Shown here: positions 9,206 through 18,413 of the stretch, one piece after another
Position numbering within the stretch: position 1 is the first letter of the stretch
How the letters are laid out: the number at the start of each line of letters is the position of its first letter
NCBI GenBank assembly: GCA_036509895.1
Contig: DATCEV010000034.1
Span: 13,437 to 77,436 of the forward strand
From: Verrucomicrobiia bacterium
GTDB taxonomy: Bacteria > Verrucomicrobiota > Verrucomicrobiia > Limisphaerales > UBA11358
Reading direction: 5' to 3'
Length of the DNA: 64,000 nucleotides
Notes under the pieces: generated by a model
What the model was told of the DNA's origin: nothing
Databases searched by the model: none
Seen by the model: only the letters and a program-made list of their open reading frames with translations
Program-made: the position numbers and the translations under genes

Positions 9206-9994
9206 TCAAGCGCGTTTTGGAGTCTTTCGATTTTGCGCCGGCATGAGCCAAGCGATAAGCGCAACGAGGATTGCCGGATAAAGCAAGCTCATCAAATTCA
9301 CCACAATAACCAAGTCCAATGATGGGCTGTTCGGATGACTTTCATATCGCAGTAAAGAATTTACCAGCAACAGAAGATAAAATGAAAAAAGCGTGGCGGA
9401 AATAAATAGAAACCGGCGGCGTGAATGGAAGAAAAATTGCGTCCATGAGAAACCTTTGTTTAACCGTCCGCGAGATAAAAGCCACGCGATTCCGAGCACT
9501 GGCAGCAAACTCAAGAAATTAAAAACCATTCTTGAGCTTGGACTGAACAACAAAGCGTAAAGATCAATATTTGATGGCAGTGGCAAATAAAACCGAACCC
9601 AATCAGGAAACGGAGAAACAGAATGATATTTATTTAGGAAATATGGCGTCGTGACAGTAGTTTGAAAAATAGCCCACGCAATTGATGAAATTCCCGACCA
9701 GAGACGAATTATGAGAAGAATTATTGCGGCCCAAAAAATTCGCTCGCGCCAGACCGTTGCTGGATTTGCTTTCACAAATTCTTCGACAAGCCGTTGCGGC
9801 TGGCCGACGCGTTTGCGCGCAAGCCAGAAAGATTCTTCGTCGTTCAAGTCGCGTTGCTGGAATCCGGCGATGGCGTCGCGCAAATGCGTTTCCAGTTCGC
9901 GCCGGTCGTCGGACGCGAGATTCGGTTGCACGGCGAGTTCGTTCCGCCAGTTTTCAACGGCGGCGTTCAGATCGAAACGGGTTTGATTTTCCAT
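9206..9994 (-). CDS. PadR-associated multi-pass membrane protein with N-terminal helical 'permease-prefix'-like domain
   Basis: ORF 9206..10027, trimmed to MENQTRFDLNAAVENWRNEL...ELETHLRDAIAGF. Several hydrophobic helices follow. The gene overlaps the end of the PadR gene. Confidence 0.6.
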   Translation of the reverse strand: MENQTRFDLNAAVENWRNELAVQPNLASDDRRELETHLRDAIAGFQQRDLNDEESFWLARKRVGQPQRLVEEFVKANPATVWRERIFWAAIILLIIRLWSGISSIAWAIFQTTVTTPYFLNKYHSVSPFPDWVRFYLPLPSNIDLYALLFSPSSRMVFNFLSLLPVLGIAWLLSRGRLNKGFSWTQFFFHSRRRFLFISATLFSFYLLLLVNSLLRYESHPNSPSLDLVIVVNLMSLLYPAILVALIAWLMPAQNRKTPKRA

Positions 9995-10320
9995 AATTTG
10001 CACAGGGAGTTGTGAACGGCCAGCCATTGCCGGCGCTCGGTTTTAAGGGCTTTGCGTCCGTCGGAACTGATGAAATAGTATTTCCGCTCGCGTCCGGTGT
10101 CGGCTTCCTTCCACTCGGACTCGATCAGGCCGTCGCGCTCCAGCCGGTGCAAAACGGGATAGAGCATCCCGTCGCTCCACTCAATCGAGCCGCCGGAAAG
10201 TTCGCGCACTTTCTGGATGATTTCGTAGCCGTAGCTTTCGCCGCCGGCGAGAATGGACAGCAGCAGCGGTTTCGAGGACGCGGCGACCAAATCTTTCGTA
10301 AGCATGGCAGCTTTATACAT
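9967..10320 (-). CDS. PadR-family transcriptional regulator
   Basis: LLLSILAGGESYGYEIIQKVRELSGGSIEWSDGMLYPVLHRLERDGLIESEWK...RKYYFIS is the PadR winged-helix signature. The start is uncertain (ATG at 10320 or 10305). Confidence 0.85.
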   Translation of the reverse strand: MYKAAMLTKDLVAASSKPLLLSILAGGESYGYEIIQKVRELSGGSIEWSDGMLYPVLHRLERDGLIESEWKEADTGRERKYYFISSDGRKALKTERRQWLAVHNSLCKLWKIKPVSI

Positions 10321-10364
10321 TGAACTGTTAGTTATGTCAATGAAAAAATCGCGCCACTGCGAAT

Positions 10365-11153
10365 TCAAACTTCAAATACGGTGATTTCCGGGCGGCAATT
10401 GAAGCGGACCTCGAAGTTTTGCAGATAGCCGATGCCGGGATTGACATAAAGCGGGCCGGCCGGTGTGTGAAAAAGTCCCAGGTCATATTCATCCACGTCA
10501 AACGGCAGGCAGACCGCGCCGTAAAAGGGAATGCGCACCTGGCCGCCATGCGAATGGCCGGCGAGCATCAGATCAAATTTTCCGCCGCCGAGGTTTTTGA
10601 CCCACGCCGGATAGTGCATGAGCAGGATGTTTTTGGCCGCCGTTTTTGACGCGGGCAGCAATTGAAGCGAATGACCATAAGTGATTCCCGCGAGATTGAT
10701 TTTGCCGCCGGCAATTTCCCTTTGCTCGTTGAGCAGCCACGCGCCGCCGGTGACGGCAAAGCATTTTTGGATCGGCGCAAAGGAAACCTGGCTCCAATAA
10801 TCATGATTGCCCGGCACGCCAAACATCGGCGCGTTGATGCCGGATAAAATTTCCAATGCTTCCGGTAGAAATTTTCCGTCTTCCATGATGTCGCCGGTGA
10901 AACAGACAAAATCAGGGGTGAGCGAATTGATCCGGCGCACGACGGATTGCAAATACTCGCAGTCGCCTTTGTGATGCAAATCCGAAAAATGAACGAGGCG
11001 GCAACCCGTTTTGTCGCCGTCAAGCGGCACCTGGCGGACTTTCACCCACGTCGGCTCCAGCCAGCGCGCGTCGGCGGTCAACGCGAATGGCGTTGCGAGC
11101 AACGTGGTGGCGATGAATTTTCGGCGACTGATTTTTCTGAAATTCAAAGGCAT
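10365..11153 (-). CDS. Calcineurin-like metallophosphoesterase with Tat-like signal
   Basis: MPLNFRKISRRKFIATTLLATPFALTADA, then the motifs HFSDLHH, FTGD, GNHD, LMLAGHSHGGQ. Confidence 0.85.
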   Translation of the reverse strand: MPLNFRKISRRKFIATTLLATPFALTADARWLEPTWVKVRQVPLDGDKTGCRLVHFSDLHHKGDCEYLQSVVRRINSLTPDFVCFTGDIMEDGKFLPEALEILSGINAPMFGVPGNHDYWSQVSFAPIQKCFAVTGGAWLLNEQREIAGGKINLAGITYGHSLQLLPASKTAAKNILLMHYPAWVKNLGGGKFDLMLAGHSHGGQVRIPFYGAVCLPFDVDEYDLGLFHTPAGPLYVNPGIGYLQNFEVRFNCRPEITVFEV

Positions 11154-11222
11154 GATTCAATCTTCAACCTTTCCGACACCGCTGACGTTGCGTTCGTTCA
11201 ACTGCCGCGCTACGTTTTGCGA

Positions 11223-12941
11223 ATGCCGGAAATTTTTCGTCCGCTAAAAACTTCGCCGCTGCTTCTGCTCCTGCGCGTCAACGCGATTTCAAGCTGGCGG
11301 AAACTGCTGGCCACGCGCGAACAATCGCGGCTGCTCACAAGCCTCATCGCGGCGTTCATCGTCGGTTATCTCGTTTTATCGTTTGAACTTTTTTATCACG
11401 GCCTGCGGTTCATCGCCAAATTTCCCGGCCTCGGTGCCGTGCTGACGGAACGGCTGATGTTCGTGCTGTTCGCGTTTTTATTCGGCCTGCTGCTGTTGAG
11501 CAATCTCGTCATCAGCTACACCAATTTATTTCGCAATCGCGAAACCGCATTTCTCCTGTCGCTGCCCATTTCGACGCAGACCATTTTCCGCTGGAAATTC
11601 ATCGAATCCACTTTGCTCGCGTCGTGGGCGTTTTTATTTTTGATCGCGCCGTTGCTCGCGGCCTTTGGCCTGGTGCGCGGCGTGCCGTGGCATTTTTATC
11701 CGGTCACATTTTTTCTGATCGCATTATTTATTGTGTTGCCGGGGGTGATGGGTTCCGCCTTGGCGATTTTGATTGGCAGATTTTTGGACCGGCGCAATTT
11801 TCAGATCGCCATCGTCGGCATCGCCATCGCGCTGCTCGCGTTTGCGGCTTTTTGGTGGAAGACGCAATCCGTTGACGATGAATTGCTCGACAAACGCACG
11901 CTCGAGGCGCTGGATCAGCTGCTCGCCAAAACGCGGTTCACCATGTTTCCCTTTTTGCCGAGCTACTGGCTTTCGTCGGCGGTTTTGCAATGGGCGGAAG
12001 GCAGCTTGCGCGGCGCGGCGTTTTTTGCGGCGGTGCTTTTAAGCAACACGCTTTTTTTTGGCGCCATCGCCTTCACAAAATTTGGAAATATTTTTTACGA
12101 CACGGCCTCGGCGGTGCAAAGCCGCGCGGGCGGCAGTTTCAAATTAAATTTTTTAACGCCGCAAAAAAAATCCCGGCAATCAGTCGGTTTGCTCGAAACC
12201 ATTTTCGCGAAATTTTTCTGGCTCAAGCGCGACACGCGCGCGCTGGCCGTCAAAGACATCCGCATGTTCTGGCGCGACACGACGCAATGGGGCCAGTCCG
12301 TGATGCTCTTCGGTTTGCTCGGCATTTACATCATTAACCTGCGGAATTTCACGCACGAACTCGCCAGCCCGTTCTGGATCAACCTGGTCGCATTTTTGAA
12401 TCTCGGCGCGTGTTCGCTCAATCTGGCCACGCTCACGACGCGATTTGTCTTTCCGCAATTTTCCCTCGAAGGCCGGCGCGTATGGATCGTCGGTATGGCG
12501 CCGATGGGTTTGGCGCGCGTCGTCAAAGTCAAATACTGGCTCGCGAGTTTTGCGTCGTTACTCGCCACGTTGAGCCTCATCACGCTTTCGTGCTGGCTGC
12601 TGAAAATGACCTGGGACCGCATCGCCTTTTTTGGCGCGGTCATCACCGTGATGACTTTCACGCTCAACGGCCTCGCCGTCGGTCTCGGCGTTTTGTATCC
12701 GAATTTGAAAGAAGCCAATCCGGGCAAAATCGTCAGCGGGTTTGGCGGCACACTTTGCCTCGTCTTGAGTTCGCTTTATATTCTCGGTTCCGTGGCGCTG
12801 ATCATTTTGGCCATTTTGGGATTGCGCAAAGATGCCGCCTGGACCATTGAAAGTCTAATCGGCTTCATGGCGCTCTCGTTTGTGATCGGCTGGCTGCCGC
12901 TGAAATGGGGATTGCGCCGGTTAGAAAATTTTGAGGCGTGA
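11223..12941 (+). CDS. Polytopic membrane protein (possible ABC-2/exporter-type permease)
   Basis: ORF 10947..12941, trimmed to the ATG at 11223 (MPEIFRPLKTSPLL), because the upstream part overlaps the divergent phosphoesterase gene. I count at least 10 hydrophobic segments. The function is not recognised. Confidence 0.55.
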   Translation: MPEIFRPLKTSPLLLLLRVNAISSWRKLLATREQSRLLTSLIAAFIVGYLVLSFELFYHGLRFIAKFPGLGAVLTERLMFVLFAFLFGLLLLSNLVISYTNLFRNRETAFLLSLPISTQTIFRWKFIESTLLASWAFLFLIAPLLAAFGLVRGVPWHFYPVTFFLIALFIVLPGVMGSALAILIGRFLDRRNFQIAIVGIAIALLAFAAFWWKTQSVDDELLDKRTLEALDQLLAKTRFTMFPFLPSYWLSSAVLQWAEGSLRGAAFFAAVLLSNTLFFGAIAFTKFGNIFYDTASAVQSRAGGSFKLNFLTPQKKSRQSVGLLETIFAKFFWLKRDTRALAVKDIRMFWRDTTQWGQSVMLFGLLGIYIINLRNFTHELASPFWINLVAFLNLGACSLNLATLTTRFVFPQFSLEGRRVWIVGMAPMGLARVVKVKYWLASFASLLATLSLITLSCWLLKMTWDRIAFFGAVITVMTFTLNGLAVGLGVLYPNLKEANPGKIVSGFGGTLCLVLSSLYILGSVALIILAILGLRKDAAWTIESLIGFMALSFVIGWLPLKWGLRRLENFEA

Positions 12942-12971
12942 AAAAATTTAAGATCACGGTCAAAAATCGCG

Positions 12972-13007
12972 GTTTTCAAAACCAAATTCCCGCAAGATTT
13001 TGAAAAC
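12972..13007. promoter_or_regulatory. Perfect 10-bp inverted repeat between the permease gene and gltB (terminator or operator candidate)
   Basis: gttttcaaaa (12972-12981) and ttttgaaaac (12998-13007), separated by 16 nt. Confidence 0.3.
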
Positions 13008-13065
13008 ATTTATTGCGCGGCGACGAGATTGAGTGAAAAATAAGTGAAGGCTAATTCGTCGAGCG

Positions 13066-16000
13066 ATGACCAACAACCCAACACTGAAAACTAATGACCT
13101 CGGAAGCGCGCAAATTCAAATTTCCGCGCCGCCGAAACAGGGGCTTTACGACCCGCAATTCGAGCATGATGCCTGTGGCCTCGGTTTCGTCGTTCACATC
13201 AAAGGAAAAAAATCGCACCAGTTGGTCAGCGACGCGTTGAAAATTTTGGTGAACCTCGATCATCGCGGCGCGGTCGGGTGCGAACCGAACACGGGCGACG
13301 GCGCGGGCATTTTGATCCAGATCCCGCATGATTTTCTGGCTGCGCAAACGGCGAAGCTCGGTTTCAAACTTCCTGCTTTTGGCGAATACGGCGTCGGCAT
13401 GTTGTTTTTGCCAAAAGATTCCGCCGAACGCGAAGCGATCAAAAAAGAATTCGCCAAAATCGTTTCCGGCGAAGGCCAGAGCGTTCTGGGCTGGCGCGAC
13501 GTGCCGGTGGACAATTCCTCGCTCGGCAACGGCGCGAAAAATTCCGAGCCGTTCATGGCGCAGGTTTTTGTCGGCAAAAATTCTTCGCTGAAAGACGAAG
13601 CGGCCTTTGAAAGAAAACTGTTTGTCATCCGCAAGATCGCGGAGCAGAAAATCCGTTACGGCGGGAAAATTCCCGGCGGCAGATGGTTTTACGTTTCCAG
13701 CCTGTCGGCGCGCACGATCATTTACAAGGGCATGTTGATGTCCGAGCAGGTGGAAAAATATTACGCCGACCTCCGCGACGAAAGCGTGGTCACGGCGCTC
13801 GCGCTCGTGCATTCACGTTTCAGCACGAACACTTTTCCAAGCTGGGATCGCGCGCATCCAAATCGCTACATCGCGCACAACGGCGAAATCAACACGCTGC
13901 GCGGCAATGTAAATTGGATGCACGCGGCGCAGGCGAAGTTCAAATCAAAATTGTTCGGCGACGACATCAAAAAAATTGTTCCCGTCATCAACACGGACGG
14001 CAGCGACTCGGCGCAGTTCGACAATTGCGTGGAGCTTTTGACGCTGGCCGGTCGCGAATTGCCGCACGCGATGATGATGATGATTCCCGAGCCGTGGGAA
14101 AATCACGAAAGCATGGACGCCGAACGCCGCGCGTTTTACGAATTTCATTCGTGCCTGATGGAGCCGTGGGACGGCCCGGCTTCAATGGCGTTCACGGACG
14201 GAAAAATTATTGGCGCGTGCCTCGACCGAAATGGTTTGCGCCCGTCGCGTTATTATGTGACGAAAGATGATTTGGTTATCATGGCGTCGGAAGCGGGAGT
14301 TTTGCCCGTCGCGCCGGAACGCATTTTGCAGAAAGGGCGTTTGCAGCCGGGCCGGATGTTTCTCGTGGACATCGCGCAAGGGCGAATTGTCGCGGACGAA
14401 GAACTTAAGAAAAAATATGCGAGCGCGGAGCCGTATCAAAAATGGCTGGATGAACATCACGTGCTTTTGGAAAATTTGCCGGAGCCGTCGCAGGCAACGC
14501 AACCGGATCATCGCAAAATTTTGCAGCGACAACAGGCGTTCGGCTACACGTTTGAGGATTTGCGTTTGATTGTCGCGCCGATGGGCAAGGACGGCGTGCA
14601 ACCGCTTGGTTCGATGGGCACGGACACGCCGCTCGCGGTTTTGTCGAATAAGCCGCAGTTGCTTTACAATTATTTCAAACAACTGTTTGCGCAGGTGACG
14701 AATCCGCCGATTGATCCGATTCGCGAAGAAATTATTACTTCGACGGAAACGATGGTCGGCGCGCGCGGCGGTTTGCTTCAGCCGACGCCAGAAAGTTGTG
14801 CGCTGATAAAATTGAAACATCCGATTCTCACGAATGAGGAATTGGAAAAATTGCGGCACGTGGACGGCGGCGCGTTCAAATGCGTGACGCTGCCGATTTT
14901 GTTTGAGGGGAGCGCGCGCGTCTCGCGTGCAGATTCGGGCGTCGCGCCCGAATCTCTTCGTGCGCCGGACGGCGTGACCAGTGGTTTTCGGCGCGACGCC
15001 GAAAACCACACGCGGGACGCGTGTGCTCCCCAAAAAAATCTCGCAGCCGCTTTGGAAAAATTATTTTCCGAAGCGGACAAAGCCATTGCCGGCGGCGTGA
15101 ACATTTTGCTGTTGTCGGATCGCGGCATTTCGCCCGAACTCGCGCCGATTCCCGCGTTGCTCGCGGTTTCCGGTTTGCATCATCATTTGATTCGCAAAGG
15201 CACGCGCGGCAAAGTCGGCCTCGTGCTTGAATCCGGCGAACCACGCGAGGTGCATCATTTCGCGCTGCTCATCGGTTACGGTTGCAGCGCCATCAATCCG
15301 TATCTGGCGTTCGCGACGTTGGACGATTTGATTCAACAAGGTTTGCTCGTCAACACGGATCACAAAACGGCGCAGAAAAAATTCATCAAAGCCGTCGTCA
15401 AAGGCGTCGTCAAAACGATGGCCAAGATGGGCATCTCGACGATTCAAAGTTATCGCGGCGCGCAAATTTTTGAAGCCATCGGCCTCAACAGCGAAATCGT
15501 GGAAAAGTATTTTACCTGGACGCCGACGCGCATTGAAGGCGTCGGCCTCGACGTGATTGCGGAAGAAGCACTCGCGCGACATCGTCACGCGTTTCCAGAT
15601 CGTCCGGTCAATGGAGTTTTGGACGCGGGCGGCCAATATCAATGGCGCGACGGCGGCGAATTTCATTTGTTCAATCCGCAGACGATTCACAAATTACAAA
15701 ACGCGTGCCGCACGAATAACGAAAAAATTTATCGCGAGTATGCCGAGTTGATTAACAATCAGGCAAAAAATCTTTGCACGCTGCGCGGCTTGCTCGAATT
15801 CAAATTCGCGGAAAATCCCATTCCGATTGATGAAGTTGAATCCGTCGAAGAAATCGTGAAGCGTTTCAAAACCGGCGCGATGAGTTACGGTTCGATTTCC
15901 AAAGAAGCGCACGAAGCGCTGGCGATTGCGATGAATCGCATCGGCGGAAAATCCAACACCGGCGAAGGCGGCGAAGACCCGGCGCGTTACGTTCTCGAAC

Positions 16001-17820
16001 CAAACGGCGACTCGAAAAATTCCGCGATCAAACAAGTCGCGTCGGGACGTTTCGGCGTGACGAGTTATTATTTGACGCAGGCACGCGAGTTGCAAATCAA
16101 AATGGCGCAGGGCGCGAAACCCGGCGAAGGCGGAGAATTGCCCGGCAAAAAAGTTTATCCGCCGATTGCAAAAGTTCGCGGCACGACGGCGGGCGTCGGT
16201 CTGATTTCGCCGCCGCCGCATCACGACATTTATTCCATCGAAGATTTGGCGGAGTTGATTCACGATTTGAAAAATTCAAATCGCGACGCGCGCATCAGCG
16301 TAAAACTTGTGGCCGAAGTCGGCGTCGGCACCGTCGCGGCGGGCGTTGCCAAAGCGCACGCGGATGTGGTTTTGATTTCCGGTCACGACGGCGGAACCGG
16401 CGCGTCGCCGCTTTCATCCATCAAACACGCGGGCGGTCCGTGGGAATTGGGTTTGGCCGAAACGCACCAGACGCTCGTGCTGAATAATTTGCGCAGCCGC
16501 ATTTATGTCGAAGCTGACGGACAATTGAAAACTGGACGCGACGTTGCCGTCGCCGCGTTGCTCGGCGCGGAAGAATTTGGTTTTGCGACCGCGCCGCTCG
16601 TCGCGGTCGGCTGCATCATGATGCGCGTCTGCCATTTGAACACGTGTCCCGTCGGCATCGCGACGCAAGACCCGCGGTTGCGCGCGCGGTTCGCGGGCGG
16701 CGCGGACAACGTCGTGAATTTCATGCGCTTCGTCGCGGGCGAACTTCGCGAAATCATGGCTCGGCTCGGCTTCCGCAAATTGGAAGAAATGGTCGGGCGC
16801 ACGGATAAATTGATTCCGTGGCACGCGATTGAACATTGGAAAGCCAACGGACTCGACCTCACGCCGATTTTGCATCAGCCGGAAATGGGCGCGGACGTTG
16901 GACGTTTCCGTTCGCAAGATCAGGATCACGGCTTGGAAAAATCTTTGGATGTGACGAAACTTTTGGACATTTGCAAACCGGCGATTGAGCGCGGCGAAAA
17001 AGTGAAAGCCGAACTGCCGATTCGCAACGTCCATCGCGTTGTCGGCACAATCACCGGCAGCGAAATCACGAAAAAGCACGGCCCGAACGGATTGCCGGAA
17101 GACACCGTGTGGTTGAAATTCAACGGCAGCGCCGGGCAAAGTTTCGGCGCGTTCATTCCGCGCGGCATGACGCTCGAACTGGAAGGCGATGCGAACGATT
17201 ATTTCGGCAAAGGCTTGAGCGGCGGGAAAATAATTGTTTATCCGCCGCGCAATTCCACGTTCGTCGCCGAGGACAATATCATTATCGGCAACGTGGCGCT
17301 TTACGGCGCGACGGCGGGCGAAATGTTTGTATGCGGCATGGCGGGCGAACGCTTTGCTGTTCGCAATTCTGGCGTTGATGCGGTCGTCGAAGCCATCGGC
17401 GATCACGGCTGCGAATACATGACCGGCGGTCGCGTGATTGTTTTGGGAAAGACCGGACGCAATTTTGCCGCGGGCATGAGCGGCGGCATCGCGTATGTTT
17501 TGGATGAAGCCGGCGATTTCAAAAATCATTGCAACATGGAATTGGTCGGCCTCGAAAAACTTTCGGACGCGGACGAAATCGAAGAAGTCTGGAAATTGAT
17601 CCAGCGTCATCAAACTTACACGCAAAGCGAACGCGCCGCGAAAATTCTCGGCGACTGGAAAAATTTCATTCCGAAATTCATCAAAGTTTTGCCAAAAGAT
17701 TACGCGCGCGTTTTGCAATCGTTGAAAAAAGCGCAATCGCAAGGCTTGAGCGGTGACGACGCAATCATGGTCGCGTTCGAGGAAAACATCCGCGACGTCG
17801 CTCGCGTCGGCGGCGGATAA
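13066..17820 (+). CDS. gltB: Glutamate synthase large subunit (with in-frame palindromic insertion)
   Basis: A 1584-aa ORF. It has the N-terminal amidotransferase start ...HDACGLGF, an FMN/Fe-S central domain (...GEGGEDP..., ...[16 protein letters not shown]...) and the C-terminal GXGXG domain. Confidence 0.95.
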   Translation: MTNNPTLKTNDLGSAQIQISAPPKQGLYDPQFEHDACGLGFVVHIKGKKSHQLVSDALKILVNLDHRGAVGCEPNTGDGAGILIQIPHDFLAAQTAKLGFKLPAFGEYGVGMLFLPKDSAEREAIKKEFAKIVSGEGQSVLGWRDVPVDNSSLGNGAKNSEPFMAQVFVGKNSSLKDEAAFERKLFVIRKIAEQKIRYGGKIPGGRWFYVSSLSARTIIYKGMLMSEQVEKYYADLRDESVVTALALVHSRFSTNTFPSWDRAHPNRYIAHNGEINTLRGNVNWMHAAQAKFKSKLFGDDIKKIVPVINTDGSDSAQFDNCVELLTLAGRELPHAMMMMIPEPWENHESMDAERRAFYEFHSCLMEPWDGPASMAFTDGKIIGACLDRNGLRPSRYYVTKDDLVIMASEAGVLPVAPERILQKGRLQPGRMFLVDIAQGRIVADEELKKKYASAEPYQKWLDEHHVLLENLPEPSQATQPDHRKILQRQQAFGYTFEDLRLIVAPMGKDGVQPLGSMGTDTPLAVLSNKPQLLYNYFKQLFAQVTNPPIDPIREEIITSTETMVGARGGLLQPTPESCALIKLKHPILTNEELEKLRHVDGGAFKCVTLPILFEGSARVSRADSGVAPESLRAPDGVTSGFRRDAENHTRDACAPQKNLAAALEKLFSEADKAIAGGVNILLLSDRGISPELAPIPALLAVSGLHHHLIRKGTRGKVGLVLESGEPREVHHFALLIGYGCSAINPYLAFATLDDLIQQGLLVNTDHKTAQKKFIKAVVKGVVKTMAKMGISTIQSYRGAQIFEAIGLNSEIVEKYFTWTPTRIEGVGLDVIAEEALARHRHAFPDRPVNGVLDAGGQYQWRDGGEFHLFNPQTIHKLQNACRTNNEKIYREYAELINNQAKNLCTLRGLLEFKFAENPIPIDEVESVEEIVKRFKTGAMSYGSISKEAHEALAIAMNRIGGKSNTGEGGEDPARYVLEPNGDSKNSAIKQVASGRFGVTSYYLTQARELQIKMAQGAKPGEGGELPGKKVYPPIAKVRGTTAGVGLISPPPHHDIYSIEDLAELIHDLKNSNRDARISVKLVAEVGVGTVAAGVAKAHADVVLISGHDGGTGASPLSSIKHAGGPWELGLAETHQTLVLNNLRSRIYVEADGQLKTGRDVAVAALLGAEEFGFATAPLVAVGCIMMRVCHLNTCPVGIATQDPRLRARFAGGADNVVNFMRFVAGELREIMARLGFRKLEEMVGRTDKLIPWHAIEHWKANGLDLTPILHQPEMGADVGRFRSQDQDHGLEKSLDVTKLLDICKPAIERGEKVKAELPIRNVHRVVGTITGSEITKKHGPNGLPEDTVWLKFNGSAGQSFGAFIPRGMTLELEGDANDYFGKGLSGGKIIVYPPRNSTFVAEDNIIIGNVALYGATAGEMFVCGMAGERFAVRNSGVDAVVEAIGDHGCEYMTGGRVIVLGKTGRNFAAGMSGGIAYVLDEAGDFKNHCNMELVGLEKLSDADEIEEVWKLIQRHQTYTQSERAAKILGDWKNFIPKFIKVLPKDYARVLQSLKKAQSQGLSGDDAIMVAFEENIRDVARVGGG
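14907..15031. repeat. Nested GC-rich palindromic element inside gltB (in frame)
   Basis: Outer stem ggggagcgcgcgcgtctcgcgtg / cacgcgggacgcgtgtgctcccc. Inner hairpins are gattcgggcgtcgcgcccgaatc (14932-14954) and ggttttcggcgcgacgccgaaaacc (14983-15007). Translated as [42 protein letters not shown]. Confidence 0.85.
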
Positions 17821-17822
17821 GC

Positions 17823-17968
17823 AATCCGCAGATTACGCAGATGAACGCAGATTTTCAGAAATAAACTGAACTGAATGAATTTAAGAAAATTCAAAACCGC
17901 AATTATGACCGTTGCGAAAGCAAAAAAAAAACGCCTTTAATCTGCGTTCATCTGTGAAATTTGCGGAC
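17823..17968. repeat. Long inverted repeat immediately downstream of the gltB stop (ATCTGCG-type family)
   Basis: Arms are aatccgcagattacgcagatgaacgcagatt (17823-17853) and aatctgcgttcatctgtgaaatttgcggac (17939-17968). They are about 30 bp with a few mismatches, around an 85-nt loop. Confidence 0.75.
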
Positions 17969-18412
17969 AACAATAATCGTGACCCGCAAACCTACGCCAT
18001 CATTGGCGCGGCGATGGAAGTCCATCGTCAATTGGGTCATGGTTTTCTGGAAGCGGTTTATCAGGAAGCCTTGGCAATTGAGTTGGCAGCGCGTGAAATT
18101 CGATTCCAGCGGGAAGTCCCGCTACCGGTAGAATACAAAGGTCAACGATTGTTGTGTTCGTATCGCGCTGACTTCGTTTGCTTCGACGAAGTGATTGTGG
18201 AATTAAAAGCCATCACCCAATTGACCGGCATTGATGAAGCACAAACAATCAATGAACTCAAAGCAACGAATTTGCATCGCGCGCTATTGATTAACTTTGG
18301 CGCACCAAGCTTGGAATATAAGCGTCTTGTCTTTAATCTGCGTGAATCGGCGCAATCTGCGGATGAAAATTCTGCGGATGAAATAAAAAACGTTAACCTG
18401 ATAGGAGCATAA
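17954..18412 (+). CDS. GxxExxY-family protein (PD-(D/E)XK nuclease-like fold)
   Basis: ...[51 protein letters not shown]...[15 protein letters not shown]... contains the G-x-x-E-x-x-Y motif (GFLEAVY) and a D...ELK nuclease-like core. The start is uncertain (GTG at 17954 or TTG at 17912). The C-terminal tail is repeat-derived. Confidence 0.8.
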   Translation: MKFADNNNRDPQTYAIIGAAMEVHRQLGHGFLEAVYQEALAIELAAREIRFQREVPLPVEYKGQRLLCSYRADFVCFDEVIVELKAITQLTGIDEAQTINELKATNLHRALLINFGAPSLEYKRLVFNLRESAQSADENSADEIKNVNLIGA

Positions 18413-18413
18413 C

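Noticed and set aside
9052-9322. Small ORFs 9052..9264 (-) and 9089..9322 (+) between recG and the membrane protein gene.
   Set aside because: They lie entirely within the nested palindromic element. Mirror-image ORFs on both strands are the expected artefact of a palindrome.
14907-15031. Could the in-frame inserts in gltB, gltD, recG, hemW and pheS be inteins or introns?
   Set aside because: They are far too short (17-42 codons). They have no intein splicing blocks (no Cys/Ser...His-Asn-Cys/Ser/Thr junctions) and no group I/II intron features. They match dispersed intergenic repeats instead.
13051-17742. Series of long minus-strand ORFs inside gltB (13051..13812, 14182..15033, 15061..15690, 15694..16263, 16414..17742).
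   Set aside because: All are antisense to an unambiguous 1584-aa glutamate synthase. Their compositions (Arg/Phe/Ala-rich) are typical of shadow frames.
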